Part shown: one piece after another, positions 42,058-54,039 of the stretch
How the letters are laid out: every line of letters begins with the position of its first letter
Position numbering within the stretch: the first letter of the stretch is position 1
Origin: an uncultured delta proteobacterium
GTDB lineage: Bacteria > Desulfobacterota > Binatia > UBA9968
Length of the DNA: 64,000 nucleotides
Reading direction: 5' to 3'
NCBI GenBank assembly: GCA_963847445.1
Contig: CAWJZV010000002.1
Location: 96,001 to 160,000, forward strand
Notes under the pieces: generated by a model
Told to the model about the DNA's origin: nothing
Seen by the model: only the letters and a program-made list of their open reading frames with translations
Database searches by the model: none
Program-made: the position numbers and the translations under genes

Positions 42058-45000
42058 TTATTCCGTCGCCGGCTTACTTGGAGTAAAAATTTGTAACGCC
42101 CCCAACGGCAACTTTAAGATACGCAACGGTATGTTGACAATCTCGCCACCGAGAGCCGCCGGTGATAAGTATGAAACCTGGGGCTGGTCAAAAGTACCGC
42201 TAACTTCCAGCGGAATTCCGACCATCGAGGCGCTCACGATCGAGCCGACCAGAGGAATATTTTTTATGATCTGTTCGCCGGCAGAAGGACGGTGACGAGG
42301 CCCTTGGCGTCGATGGTCTTTTGCTCCAGATCGGCGTTTGCCTGCGCCGCGATGGCGTAGGGCGATGCCTCGACAATGATCTCCTTGGCGAAAATGCTTT
42401 GGCCTGCAACCGTTCCTTTGGCGCTGATCAAGCGGTAAGGATACGCTTCACGATTCAAATCGGGAAATGCCACACTGAAGTCGCCGGTTTGGTTCAAGTA
42501 ATCAAAAGTAGCATCCACTCCCACCGAACGTATGAACTTGCCGTCACGGGCGACAAAGTCAAATTCACCCGATAGGGTCCGTGCGAGCTGATCGCGGTTA
42601 CCGCCGCCGGTCAAACGCGCATCCAGGGAGTAGGTGCCGCTGATGTCGGACTTTTCAGATGAGAGGCAGCGGCTGGTAGCGTCAAGGTCGCCATCTTGCA
42701 CCGAAAGCCTGATGTCAAGTTTGATCTGATCGTTTTTCTGAACGGCGAAGGGTCCCGCCGTGCGGATGCCGCAGACAACGCTATTCTCGACTTCTCCGCT
42801 GATTCCGTTTGGCGTGAAATCCGCCGTAAGCTGGAGCGGCTTCCAGGACAAGCCACCGACGGCGAAGTCGTTCGTCTTCAATCGGATTACGCCCGCCAGC
42901 GGCGGCAGTCCAACTACCGCCTTGCCTCTATCTTTTTGACCATCGCCTGTGCCAAAAACCTCGCTCAACTCATCCCATACGAGGCGGTCGGCGGAAAGAT
43001 CCATATCGACATTCACGGCATCCTTTGGCGCTGTCAGCTTACCCGAAGCTGAAATACGGCTGCGGCGCCACCGTAGGTCGGCAGATCGAATATTTAAACC
43101 GGCCGGATCGCCGTGCAAGACAAATTGTTCGATGAGCGCATCCTCGCCCTTCAAGGGCGGGACGATGTCCTTACCTGCCAGTGTTCCACGCGCCGACAAT
43201 CGATAGGGCGGCTTGGCAAAAACATTCACGGCAAAATCACCTTGCAGCAGGCCGAGGGGCACCGGCGCGGTCAAAAACATTCTGTCCAAGGTCCGCTTAT
43301 TCAGCGCGCCGGAGAAGCTAGCCCCCCACTTGTCTTGTTCCAACGCAAACATCCCGCGCGCAGATTGCCCGCCATCATCGATCGACAGCTCTTTGATCGT
43401 GAAGCTGCGGCCATTGCGCTCCATGTCAATGGAAAGTCGCGGCCCCTGGGCAACGGTCAGCTTGCCGGTGAATGAAAAATTGCCATCGTCGCGCCAAGCC
43501 ACACGGCTGGAAGAAAACTCCAACGGTGATCGCAACATATAATCCGCCGGAATTTCGCTTTGAGCCCTGGCCCACTCCATTACCCGTTCGCCGGCTACCC
43601 CACTTGCCGTTGCTTCCACAAGGAATGGTGCTTTGCGCCAGTTCTCGACAACCCCGCCAACCATCATGGATGCGTCGAGGAGATCCACCTTGGCTTTAGC
43701 AAACGCGACTTTATCATGCGATGCAACAAAACTGCCTTGGGATACGGCAACAGGCGCGGGGAGCCCCGCATGCTTGAGCCGCAACCCCTCGACTTCCCCC
43801 GTGCCGGTAAAACTCCACTGACTTGGATCACTGAGCGGACCGCTAAGCGCGATCGAAGCAAAGTCTATTTTCCCTGTTGCCGAACTCCCTGGGCCGAGCT
43901 TCGCATGAAGAGTTTCAACCTTGCGGATCAAGAGTTCGGTCTGGGCCAAATCCAACTGCAAACTTGCCGACTTGATATTTACTTGCCCGGTCCCGTCAAC
44001 CCGTACAGAACCGGTGAGTCCAGCGAAAGAGGAGCGGCCGACCGCGCCTGCCAGGGTCTGAGCCTCGATCCTGCCGCTGTCATAGGTGAGACGACCGGCG
44101 CTTAACGAAATCGGATAAGGCACCGGCTCATAGGAGGCGGTCAGTGCAGCCGGCACGGCCGAAACTTTCGCTGAAATCGTCTCAAGGGTTTCGCCGAGAA
44201 CCAGTCTCCCCGAAAGTGCACCGTCGATCTGGTGAATCCGAGAGATTTCCCTGCGAAAAACCTCGTCTTTGACATGAGACATGAGCAACGACTGCAGCTC
44301 CCGAGCCTCCGTCTCGACCATGATGTCAAGATGAAATGGTCGGTTAGCGCCGGTTAGACCTACACGCAGCATCCCGTCCCGCCCCTTTGCTTTACCCAGG
44401 GTTGCGGAACACTTCTTACACTCGAGAACTCCGGCAGAGACAATCATCGCTCCGGCCACATTTGCCAGATCGAGATCGCGGCCAGGGATATAAATCTTCA
44501 CGCCGCGCAAGTCTGCCGTCATCACAGATTGCTTGCTCGCGAGCGCCTCGGCAATCGACCGGCCGCGCGCTTCGACACGGACCTCGGCGATGGCGCCGCC
44601 TTGAAGATAGAGGAATACGTCATGCACACCGGTGAAGTCATCGGCCAACAGCAGCGCCGATTTTCTGATCATACCGACGTCAATATCGCGCCCGGTGAGC
44701 ATTGCCGAGAACAAGGACGAGGATCGATGGAAGATCAGTTCACCGGCGAGCTTGACAGGTGGCGACACCAGCGGCAAAGCCTCGATGGTAACGCGAAACA
44801 CTTTCTCATCGCCGCTAACGATAGCTTTGAAATCCTTTGCCGCAATCAGCGCTTTTCGCGCTCCCCGGGCCAAAGTGAGCGATGGTAGCGATCCAGCGAT
44901 TTCAGCGCGAAAAGTTTTAAATCCTTCGCCTCTAAGTTTAACACTCAGCGTTAGCGCGCCGTCGTCAACCCATCCGACCGAACCCGGAGAAAAAAACTCA

Positions 45001-45678
45001 AATGCCTTGCGCAGGCCGAGGTTTTCCACCGAGAGCCGCGCCTCTGACGCCAGCGTATCGGTCGCCACCTCACCCGTGAAACGAATTCCGTCGGCGACAT
45101 TCGCGCCGGCGGAGATTGTCAAAGCCAATTTCTCCAGGGTGAAACCGAAGTTGGCATCGATATCGGCAATTTTTAGAGTAGGTCCGCCGGCGCGGCTAAT
45201 ATCCGCCGTGCCGCGGCGCACTCGCAAATTCATTCCCGGAAACACTAAGCCGAGATGTTTAACCAAGGCGCGGACTTTTTCCTCGTAATTCATCGAGATT
45301 GAACGGTGCGTCATCACGCGCCGGCAGGCGCACGATCCAAGCGGCGCCATCCGCCGTCACGCTGGAGAACGCTAAGCGCCCAGTCAGCATGTGACGAAGC
45401 GATAGATAGAGCGTCAGTTGCTCAATCTTGCCGCCGATCTGCTGGTCGAACGAGATGGCCGTATCCTGAAACACCACGCCGGGTCGGGGAAACCATAAGA
45501 GCTCGATTTTTTCAAAACTCGCCAAGCTGCTGGTTTTTTCGGCGACGAAGGCGCGCGCTTTTGCTTTGACGGCTTCGCTGTCGACGATCATTGGCAGCAG
45601 CAGCACCAGGGCAAACAACGCCACCAGGAAGGTTCCCGCAAGGAGCGCAACCCATGTGATGACGCGCGGCTTGTTCAT
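42058..45678 (-). CDS. AsmA/YhdP-like protein, frameshifts near 45300 and 42290
   Basis: N-terminal anchor, long beta-rich body, C-terminal IIKNIPLVG..P.VSY. Confidence 0.75.
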
Positions 45679-46761
45679 TGATCGTAAGAAATCAGGAGAA
45701 GGTTTAAAGATTCCGCTAGCCGTGCTACTTGCCCTTGGTCACTTCGCTGTGAAATGGACGCAGGCATAGGCAATCCTTGTCGAATCCGCTGCGAAAACGT
45801 CGCATCCTTGCCGGCGGCGTGAGCGCGCGCGTTCACATGTGAAAGTTTTTCCAGCTCGGCGAAGGGCCGTGACGTGTCGATCCGGCCAAGGTCATAAAGA
45901 TAATCGGGCACATAGCCGCTGAACAGGACTTTCCAGGACATCGGCGGCGACTCCGGGTTCATCCGCGTGTGAAATAAAATACTGGTCGTGCAGTTGGTCG
46001 TCAGCGTGTTGTAATAGCTCGGTCGCTCGCGCAGCTCATTAATCGATTTTATGTAATCGAGAAAAATTCGCCGGACGTTGTGCAGCGGCCCCCTGGCGCG
46101 GTAAATATAAACGTCCTCCTGCGGTTGCCGGTAGGTGGTGCGCACGCCCACCACGTCGCGCTCGTCGGCGACGACGTAGTACAATTCGTACTGCCGAAAA
46201 AACCCGGCGAGGGTAGAATAACTCTCGTCTTTCTCCTTGCGAGTCTCGATCGACACCGCAAGATAATCTTTGCCGGCGAAACCGAAGCTCACCATGACGT
46301 GGGCGATCGCCTTGCCGGCCCAGTACACCGCGATGATATCCGCGGAATCGAGCTTACTGAGATCGTAAGTTCGGCTTTCCCAGCGCGGTGTCAAAGTCGG
46401 TTTCGGTGCGATAGTCGAAGTTGCGCACGTTGTGAATCGTGATCAGGTCGCCGTTGATCGTCGCATAAGGCAGATTCGCGACTTCCGGTTGCCAATCACG
46501 AACATTCGACGCAGGAATTCGCAAGAACAAAACCACGAGAATTCCGCAGACGGCGAGCGCTGCCACCGCGGTTCGGCCACGGCGCGGCAGAAAGATAAAA
46601 GCCAGCAGCGTGAGCAACGCAAAGGTGCCGCTGCCATAGGAGCGCCAAGCCTCGGGCAAGAGCGGCGAGAAATACAACATGCCCGCGCCCCAAAGAGTCG
46701 CGCCCGCAATCACTATTGCCAAAACAACTTTACCTAGTGTTTTCACCACAAGCCCTCGCAT
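45675..46761 (-). CDS. DUF4105-family protein, frameshift near 46390
   Basis: IHNVRNFDYR, AHVMVSFGF, SIETRKE, YNTLTTNCTT. Confidence 0.85.
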
Positions 46762-47103
46762 CTACCGTCCCATGCGCCGGTCGTACGCCCGCGAGACTCG
46801 ACCAGCGAGACCAGGATCGGCGCCCTTCGGACCGCGCTGACTCATTTCCACGCGCACGCTGCCGTCCGCTTGGCCACGCATGTTAATCGTAAGTTCTTGA
46901 TCGCCTCGTATGCCTTTAATGTTGCCACTCGCGCGGTCTTCGCTGAGGACGTGAACGCCTTCGTCGCGCGCCGCGCCGAGGGCGGCGCTCCATGCCCGGT
47001 CGAAACTACTCGGGGCCGGCGCATAGACCGGAACCGGTTCGCTCGCGCAACCCAAAAACAACGTTAAAGAAACAGCCAAAAAAAATATCAGGTTTCGGTA
47101 CAT
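46762..47103 (-). CDS. Small lipoprotein
   Basis: FLGC lipobox; SFDRAWSAALGA..., RAYDRRMGR. Confidence 0.7.
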   Translation of the reverse strand: MYRNLIFFLAVSLTLFLGCASEPVPVYAPAPSSFDRAWSAALGAARDEGVHVLSEDRASGNIKGIRGDQELTINMRGQADGSVRVEMSQRGPKGADPGLAGRVSRAYDRRMGR

Positions 47104-47263
47104 CGCCAGACGATCGGATTCAAGTCTCATGGTCCAATAACTCCTTTTGCCCAGCTTGCGCACTGTCCAGGGGTAAAATTTTACGCATTGGAATATTCCT
47201 CCCGCCAAACCCGTCCTGTGTCCATCGAAGAAGCGCCAAGCTCGGAACGAAGAGACTCGCTGA

Positions 47264-48337
47264 TTAACCGGCCGGGATCGTCACCACCGGCGTTCCTTGC
47301 CTATCCCCCGTCTCGGTGAGAGTGAAAAGAAACATGATAAAAGAAAACAGCCTCTTCGACGCGAAATCTTTGTCGTCGATCCAATACCAGTCTTGACCAT
47401 ACGGCACGGCGGCAAAGGCGTCGTCGGGTTTTTGCGGCGAGCTGAGAATCCGCATGAGTGGCGGCACGGCAGCACCGTTGACGATCTCCGGCGCGGGGGT
47501 GGGAAACGTCCGCTTTTGCTCCACCTTGGCTGCCGGTACATCGATGTAAGAAGATAGATCGGTGATGATTTCGAGCACGGAACGGGTCAGCAGGGCGATC
47601 TCTTTGTCATTGGCGGGCACCGAGCCGTAGACCACGTCAAACTCGTCGGTCTGGGGATCGGCACCGAGGAGTTTGCGTACTTCATCGCGATCCGCCGCTA
47701 TCGCTGGGTCTAACTTCTTACTAAATACCATTGCCGTCACCGTCTGGGCGCCGATTTTTTTCACCCGCAGGCCGATTTGTCCGGATTCCTGAATGGTGCG
47801 CAGCTTCTCGACCAGCGGAAAAAACTCCGGATCGGCCTCGCGCGCGCGTGCACCATAGCCGTAGCGGCTATGAATGCCATTGATGGTGTGCACGGCGAGC
47901 CGCAGCACCATATCGACCGGATAGCCGGCCTGGAGAAAACTTAGAATCGCCGCGGGTGGGATCGGAGTCATGAGACTGCGGGCGAATTTTTCCCCGCTAA
48001 GGGGCGAGTAAGTGACGGTCGGCCTTTCGCCAAAAGTCCCGGTGGCGGTAATACCCGCGGATGAAGTATAGGGAAGTTGCAAGAGATTTTGCCACCAAGA
48101 GCCGGAAACTCCGACAGTGCCCTGGTAGCCAGTCTGGGTGATCACCGAGACGACATCGAGAAACACGGGCGCATCCGCGTAGCGCAGCTTGACCACATTG
48201 AGCAGCATCTGCGCCTTCCAGGAATCAGAGATCGCCGAAATGTAATCAAACCGATCGCGCGCAACAGTCCTCGGGCCGATACTCGCGCAGCCGCTCAGCC
48301 CGGCCAGCAAAAATACACCTACAATTATTGTTTTCAT
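47264..48337 (-). CDS. Conserved lipoprotein of unknown function
   Basis: LSGC lipobox; DRFDY, LLNVVKLRY.D.PVFL, PTVTY.PL.GE.F, WYWIDD.D. Confidence 0.8.
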   Translation of the reverse strand: MKTIIVGVFLLAGLSGCASIGPRTVARDRFDYISAISDSWKAQMLLNVVKLRYADAPVFLDVVSVITQTGYQGTVGVSGSWWQNLLQLPYTSSAGITATGTFGERPTVTYSPLSGEKFARSLMTPIPPAAILSFLQAGYPVDMVLRLAVHTINGIHSRYGYGARAREADPEFFPLVEKLRTIQESGQIGLRVKKIGAQTVTAMVFSKKLDPAIAADRDEVRKLLGADPQTDEFDVVYGSVPANDKEIALLTRSVLEIITDLSSYIDVPAAKVEQKRTFPTPAPEIVNGAAVPPLMRILSSPQKPDDAFAAVPYGQDWYWIDDKDFASKRLFSFIMFLFTLTETGDRQGTPVVTIPAG

Positions 48338-48471
48338 TCGCAGCCTTTCATCCTCCTATTATTTCGCGGCGGCGCGGTCGCGCTCTAGGAATTTTCTTCA
48401 TTGCCACGTCACTAACCCAACAACTGAACTGAAACCTTTTTTCACGATTCACTCATTCCATTCTGATCTCG

Positions 48472-51078
48472 TTATAGAATCGCCTTGCCCAAACGCTTGA
48501 GAAAGTATTTCGCCAGTCGCGTTACTACCTTAGCAAAACGCTGCGGATTTGGAGAACTCTTCTCGCTGGTCTCACTCTTTGCCGGCACATCGTCTTGTGG
48601 CTGCTCAGATGGGGCCAAACCAGCTGCGCGGCCGTCAGGCCCGTAGACGTGCAGATCGCGCTGCGGGAACGGGATCTGAATGTCGGCCTCCTTGAGAGCG
48701 TTATTGACCGCAATGGTCAACTCGCTACGAACGCGAAAGAATTCGTCAATACCGGTCCAGCAAAGCAAGGTAAACTCCAGCGCACTGTCGCCAAAACGAT
48801 TGAACACAGCCATAGGCGGCGGCACCGGCAAAACTTCCGGATGCGTTCGCGCAATATCCACCAGGATACCGATTACCCGGCCGGGATCGGTGCCGAACGC
48901 GACACCAACCGATATCTGAATCCTTCTTTGGCGCCGTGAAAGGGACCAGTTGACAACTCTCGATCCGACGAGCTCGCTGTTGGGAATGATGACGTCGGCG
49001 CCATCGACTGTGCGGACGATACTGGCGCGGAAACCGATGTTGCGAACCTCACCGATAATGGCGTTGACCTCGATGGAATCCCCCACCTGCACCGGGTGCT
49101 CAAAAACCAGGATGATACCCGACACGAAGTTGTTTACAATGCTTTGCAGACCAAACCCTATCCCCACTCCCAGGGCGCTGAAAACCAGCGTGAGCCGGCT
49201 CAACTCCACGCCGGCTGCCGCCAAAGCGAAGAAAAAGCCCAGGAGCAAAACACCGTAACGGGAGAGCAATTCTAAAACTCCCGGCACTCCTCTGGGCATC
49301 CGGATACGGGGGAATATCTCTTCTGCCATCACGAACCGGAGCATGCGAGAAACCAGGATCGCAACAAAAATGACCAAGAAAAAAGTCACCAGGTCTTGCA
49401 GCGCCAATTCCGTTGCGCCGATTTTCCACCGTACGGTGAGAAAATCTGCTCCTCCACTAAAGACGCCGCCGAGGAGACCGAACACGAAAAGGCTCAGGGC
49501 GACCCAGCCGGCGAACGCCGCCAGTCGGATAAACTTTCCGAAGCGCGCAGCTAACAAGTCGCCGTGTTGGCGAACCGAAAGCGATAAACGAGCCGCCTGG
49601 GTTTGCAGTCCGAGAGTCGTCACGGCCGTCAACTGGTGAGCGGCGATGAATAGGACTAGCGCCGCATATCCACTTCGGAGCGTGGCTGAGGTAAACAATT
49701 CGGCAAGCGAAAGGTTGCCGACAAGATTAGCTCCTATGGACAGCGCCAGCAGCGCCGCCGCAAGGCGCAACAGAATCAGGACCGCACGACCTTTACGCGC
49801 CAAGAGCGCGATTTCGTCCGTCCAAAGGCGAGACAGCCAGACAATGCCGCCAAGGGCCGCTACAGTAATCGCCAAAAGTAGAAACCGCCTGAGCAGCCAA
49901 TCCTCCGGCAATACTCCCCGCAAAAACTCCACCAAGTGGAAGGCAACCATCAAGTAGGTTCCACCACGCCACCTAATCGGCGTCACGGTTGAAACCAGGC
50001 GGAGGACCGGAAAAACCGTCAGAATCGCCGCAGCTTGCAAAATAAAGGCTGCAGCTTTGGGATAGAGCCAAGGTGTCAAGAGAAGCACGAAAAGAAGCGC
50101 CGAGGAGATCGGACGCGCCAGGATCTGGAAAGCTGAGGAGATTTCTTTGCTTGCGATGATCTCCGGTGTCAGCACTCCTCGCAGGAGATACAGAACGGCT
50201 AGCGCCGCGAGAAATAGGATCCCATGGAAAAAGAGATGTTTTCTGTAATCCTTAAAAAATTCCTTGGCGCCGTCGAAAATTCTCGAACCGCTCTCCCTGA
50301 GTCCCGTGGCCCACGAAGTCGGGGAGCCGGCGCTGAACAGCGCCACCCAAAGGGGCGGACTATCCAAACCGAACAGGTCGTGCCCGAACTCCGCGCGCGC
50401 TTGCTCGATGCGCTTGCGAATATCGGCGAATACCTTGCGCCTTGCCGATACCTGATTCTGCAGTTTCAAGAGCCCTGTCGTCTGGTTGCGAATCAATCCG
50501 TCTACATCGGTCACTTCTTTTAAAACCTCTGCCACCTTCTGAAGCACCGCTTGAGGCAGGACCTTGTTTTTCCCGGCGGCTTGGGTTTCCTTCCAGGTGG
50601 CCAGGCTTTGTTCAACTTCTCTCTGCAAGACGGAAAGCTCTTGCCACTTTCCGGCGATCTCTTCCTCCCATTGATCGATTTGCCTCTGCCCGTTCGCCCA
50701 TTCGTTCAGAGCGCTGTGGAGCTCCCGGACGGAGTGTGTCTGAGCGATCGTCCCCGCTGTAGATTCCCACCACCGGTCGGATCTTTCGATCAATGAGAGC
50801 AAATCTTCCTGGATCGCCTTGATGGCATTATCCGCCTGGATTTGAGCGCGAATTTCCTGAAGCCTAGTAAGGGCCTGCTGAGCGCGTGGACCGATCTCAG
50901 CGGCTGGTATGGCAACCGGGACCGCAGCGCTCTTTTGCTCTGGCGCCGGCGTGGCGGCGGGCTTCGCCGCGCTCCACGCTGGCATGGCAGAAAACCATAA
51001 CAAGACGAGGACTAGCGATCCGCGTTCTAGAAGTTCTTGCCGCATGGGCCAACTCCCGCTTTGATCCCTGTTTTGCAT
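48472..51078 (-). CDS. Large MscS-family (MscK-like) mechanosensitive channel
   Basis: Periplasmic coiled coil, multiple TMs, GVGIGFGLQ..NNFVSG, IPNS, IPFPQRD. Confidence 0.92.
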   Translation of the reverse strand: MQNRDQSGSWPMRQELLERGSLVLVLLWFSAMPAWSAAKPAATPAPEQKSAAVPVAIPAAEIGPRAQQALTRLQEIRAQIQADNAIKAIQEDLLSLIERSDRWWESTAGTIAQTHSVRELHSALNEWANGQRQIDQWEEEIAGKWQELSVLQREVEQSLATWKETQAAGKNKVLPQAVLQKVAEVLKEVTDVDGLIRNQTTGLLKLQNQVSARRKVFADIRKRIEQARAEFGHDLFGLDSPPLWVALFSAGSPTSWATGLRESGSRIFDGAKEFFKDYRKHLFFHGILFLAALAVLYLLRGVLTPEIIASKEISSAFQILARPISSALLFVLLLTPWLYPKAAAFILQAAAILTVFPVLRLVSTVTPIRWRGGTYLMVAFHLVEFLRGVLPEDWLLRRFLLLAITVAALGGIVWLSRLWTDEIALLARKGRAVLILLRLAAALLALSIGANLVGNLSLAELFTSATLRSGYAALVLFIAAHQLTAVTTLGLQTQAARLSLSVRQHGDLLAARFGKFIRLAAFAGWVALSLFVFGLLGGVFSGGADFLTVRWKIGATELALQDLVTFFLVIFVAILVSRMLRFVMAEEIFPRIRMPRGVPGVLELLSRYGVLLLGFFFALAAAGVELSRLTLVFSALGVGIGFGLQSIVNNFVSGIILVFEHPVQVGDSIEVNAIIGEVRNIGFRASIVRTVDGADVIIPNSELVGSRVVNWSLSRRQRRIQISVGVAFGTDPGRVIGILVDIARTHPEVLPVPPPMAVFNRFGDSALEFTLLCWTGIDEFFRVRSELTIAVNNALKEADIQIPFPQRDLHVYGPDGRAAGLAPSEQPQDDVPAKSETSEKSSPNPQRFAKVVTRLAKYFLKRLGKAIL

Positions 51079-51093
51079 GGGTCAATTTCGCCG

Positions 51094-51212
51094 CGAGTAT
51101 CGAGGGGAAGAGTGTCGAGTGTCGGGGGTCGAGTGTGGAGGGAAAATCCACCGGACCAGCTCCGCGTCCCTTGCTTTTCACTCTTCACTCGCCCTCACCT
51201 CGATCAACACTC
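51094..51212. repeat. Heptamer array (CGAGTGT-like) plus degenerate inverted arm downstream of the four-helix-bundle gene
   Basis: CGAGTAT/CGAGGGG/CGAGTGT/CGGGGGT/CGAGTGT at 51094-51142; TTCACTC-type units at ~51175-51212. Confidence 0.65.
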
Positions 51213-51570
51213 ACTTTCTTCTCATCGTTCCTATCGAACTCGTCAAAATTCCGATGATCTCGTCGACCAGTTCTACTCGTTGCCTGACTATTTCAGAAGC
51301 GAGCCAGTGTCCAAACCGTTCGTATCGGCCTCTTGTTTCACGAGCAGAGCCTCGTGCGAAGTCAAGGAAGCGGACATACTCCGCTCGGCTCACCCTTCCG
51401 TAACCCTCTTCGATGTTGGCACAGATCGAATCAGCGCTGCCTATTTACTGAGAGACCAGCCGGTAACATATTGGATTAGTCTTAAGCGCCTCCATGTCTG
51501 TCACTACCAGATCGAACAATTGCCGCGCTTTTTGATATGCGCCGAAGCTCTCCAGTCCGCTCTGGCTCAT
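51211..51570 (-). pseudogene. Four-helix-bundle (23S rRNA IVP/Avd-like) protein with nonsense codon 42
   Basis: AYQKARQL...LVSQ*IGSADSICANIEEGYGR..EYVRFL..ARGSARE; in-frame TAA at 51445-51447. Confidence 0.85.
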
Positions 51571-51574
51571 TCCT

Positions 51575-51605
51575 CCCCTCGACACTCGTCACTCGTCACT
51601 CGACC
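51575..51605. repeat. Heptamer array upstream of the four-helix-bundle gene
   Basis: CCCCTCG ACACTCG TCACTCG TCACTCG ACC. Confidence 0.75.
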
Positions 51606-51624
51606 TAAAGCCCCATGATTCAAA

Positions 51625-51954
51625 CTAATCCGGCGACAATCCCCGCCGTGGATCTCTGAGTCTGCAACTGACGCCGGTGCTGAACCGTCCATCACCAGCG
51701 CCACGACTCCGATGATAATCAAAAATCATCGAAAACTGGCGCGGCCCTATTACCTGAACAGACGCGAACCCCTTCCCCATGCCCTGCTCCATTTCGAAAA
51801 ATTTGTAAATCGAAAAGCCGAAGGTGATCAAGGACGACGCCGTTCTGACCCGCGCCATCAAAGTCCGTTCGTGGGCAAGAAACGTAGGCGCGTAGGCAAG
51901 CCTGGTGCTCACGCCCATCGGAGGCTTGGGCTGGTCCAGGGCCGAAACCGTCAT
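51625..51954 (-). pseudogene. DUF202/YidH-family membrane protein, degraded or frameshifted
   Basis: TRLAY..TFLAHERTLMA.VRTA.SLITFGFSIYKFF. Confidence 0.75.
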
Positions 51955-52091
51955 TCCAAATCATAGACGAATCCGATCAAGCAATGACTGACCACGCACC
52001 TAACATTGCTAATGTGCGATCTGGATCTACAACATTCTTTATTTCTGGTTTAAGCCTTGAATCATCTCTATCGAAGAGAACAGACCCCGTA

Positions 52092-52111
52092 TATTGGACC
52101 TTGGTCCAATA
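52092..52111. promoter_or_regulatory. Palindromic operator
   Basis: TATTGGACC-TT-GGTCCAATA; related site at 63974-63995. Confidence 0.6.
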
Positions 52112-52635
52112 ACTAACCAGCGCTAAGACAATCGAGTCGCCTGCCGTCAACGACCCGAAGAAAGCTAGACAGGCGCTAGGAGACTCACAACCGAACTAAT
52201 CCGTGCGGAGAATCCAATCCGCACGACCGAACTTTCACCTGCGCGTCAGACCCAAGCCATTCGCTTCAATATTTCAACGGTAAGAATCGACGAATTTTCG
52301 CCATCAAGGGCGACTATCCGCACGGCGAGAACCCAATGATCCGGGTAGAAAAATGACACTGCCGGGCGGCGCGAGGCTCGTCCGGCAGGTTGAGGGCAGG
52401 CGGAATTTGATTTACTTGGCGGCCAGGGCTACGAATCCAGTATTAAGTCGGCTTTGCGCAGTAGCTACAGGAGCGGCTTTTCAGCTTGCGCTTGGTCATT
52501 TTTGACCTGGAGGGCGCACTCGCGCTTCGTCACCGGACACTTTGCCGCCGACCCTTCCTAGCCCATCGTCCCTTGGTTTCCTCGTGTTCGTCTACTTGTG
52601 ATATTTCGATGATGGCTCGCTGGTCGAACGGCAGT

Positions 52636-53755
52636 CTAATTTACATCCTTACCGGTTTCGTCATTAACCGGCGCGGCAGTGGCCTCGCCCCCGACCACCG
52701 TCTCGGGAGGGCCGCCCGCGATCCAAGCATTCAATAAGGTATAGGCCACCGCGAGCACTACCGGACCGACGAACAACCCAATCACGCCGAAGGCAAACAA
52801 GCCGCCGATCACGCCGGCGAAGATGAGCAAGAGCGGCAGATCGGCGCCGCGCCGAATCAGTATGGGGCGCAAAAAATTATCCATCGTGCCGACCACCGCG
52901 GTCCACACCAAAAGCACCGTGCCCAAGCCGGCATGGCCAGCCCAGTACAACCAGATCACCGCTGGAACCAGCACCGGCATCGGTCCGATCTGCGCGATCC
53001 CCGATAACAGCATGACTGCGGTCAGGATCGCCGCGTAAGGAATGCCGACCAGCGCCAGGCCGATGCCCGCAAGGACCGACTGGGTCACCGCCGTTACCAC
53101 GACGCCGAGTGCCACGCCGCGAATCGCTTGGCCGGCGAGACGAATCGCGTTCTCGCCCTGCGGCGCCGCCAAGGCGCGCGGCGAATCGACGCACGGAATT
53201 GGCCGCTACCTCGCCGTTAAAATATAGAATCCCAGAAATCAGCAGCGTCAATGCGAAATGGAAAAGCATCAGTCCCAATCCGCCAACCTGGCTGATGAAC
53301 CAGCGGAGGATATTGTCGACATACGGCAGTCCGTGGTCCGCCAACCCCGCGGCGCCGCCGGCCGCAAGCCGGCGCCACTCTGATGCGATCTTGGCACCGA
53401 CTACGGGCAGACGCTCGACCCAATCAGGAGGCGGAGCTTTGGCGAAGGACACCAGCGACTTTGATCCAGCAACGATATCCAACGAGTGATCGACGACGGT
53501 GACGACCGCAAGGGTGATCGGCGCGATCAGAATCATCATCGCGGCGGCGATCATGACCGTTACGGCGAGCCACCGATGGCCGCCTAGCCGGGACTGAACC
53601 CCAAGCAACAGCGGCCAGGTCGCCACGACGATCATAATTGCCCAGATCAGCGCCAATAGAAACGGCTTGAGAATCCAGAAGGTGCCGCCCATGAGCAAGC
53701 CGATAAACAGTAACAGCAAAGTGGTGTGAGTCAGGTCGCGCGAAGAATGATTCAT
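52636..53755 (-). CDS. ydiK: AI-2E-family transporter (YdiK-like), frameshift near 53170
   Basis: LIWA.MIVVATWP, LAGQAIRGVALGVVVTA, DNFLRPILIRRGADLP. Confidence 0.88.
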
Positions 53756-53865
53756 TCAGCCCCTCCGGTCGGTCGATCTATTTTTTGATCGAACCCGCTA
53801 CCGGGTTCTTAACCGATGATCACGTCGGTGCTTGCCGGTTTACTGTGAAAATGTCTGCACCACGC

Positions 53866-53930
53866 TTCAACAGAAGCAAACAGAGTTCTTGGTTTTATCC
53901 ATTGCTGTCGCTCCGTTACCTCCTGTTAAA
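53866..53930. repeat. REP-like AACAG(A/G)AG...CTCCTGTT stem-loop, copy 1
   Basis: Inverted arms AACAGAAGCAAACAGAG and CTCCGTTACCTCCTGTT. Confidence 0.6.
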
Positions 53931-54039
53931 AATGTCCTCGCCTAATTTTCTTCTGTCAAAAAGTTTCAACCTCATCGTCTCGCGCCGCTCCACAAACACC
54001 CGGCCACGCTCCGCCTTGGGGCACCAATGAGCTGCTCTT

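Noticed and set aside
51211-51570. Diversity-generating retroelement suggested by the Avd-like gene
   Set aside because: No reverse transcriptase and no TR/VR pair with adenine-specific mismatches seen
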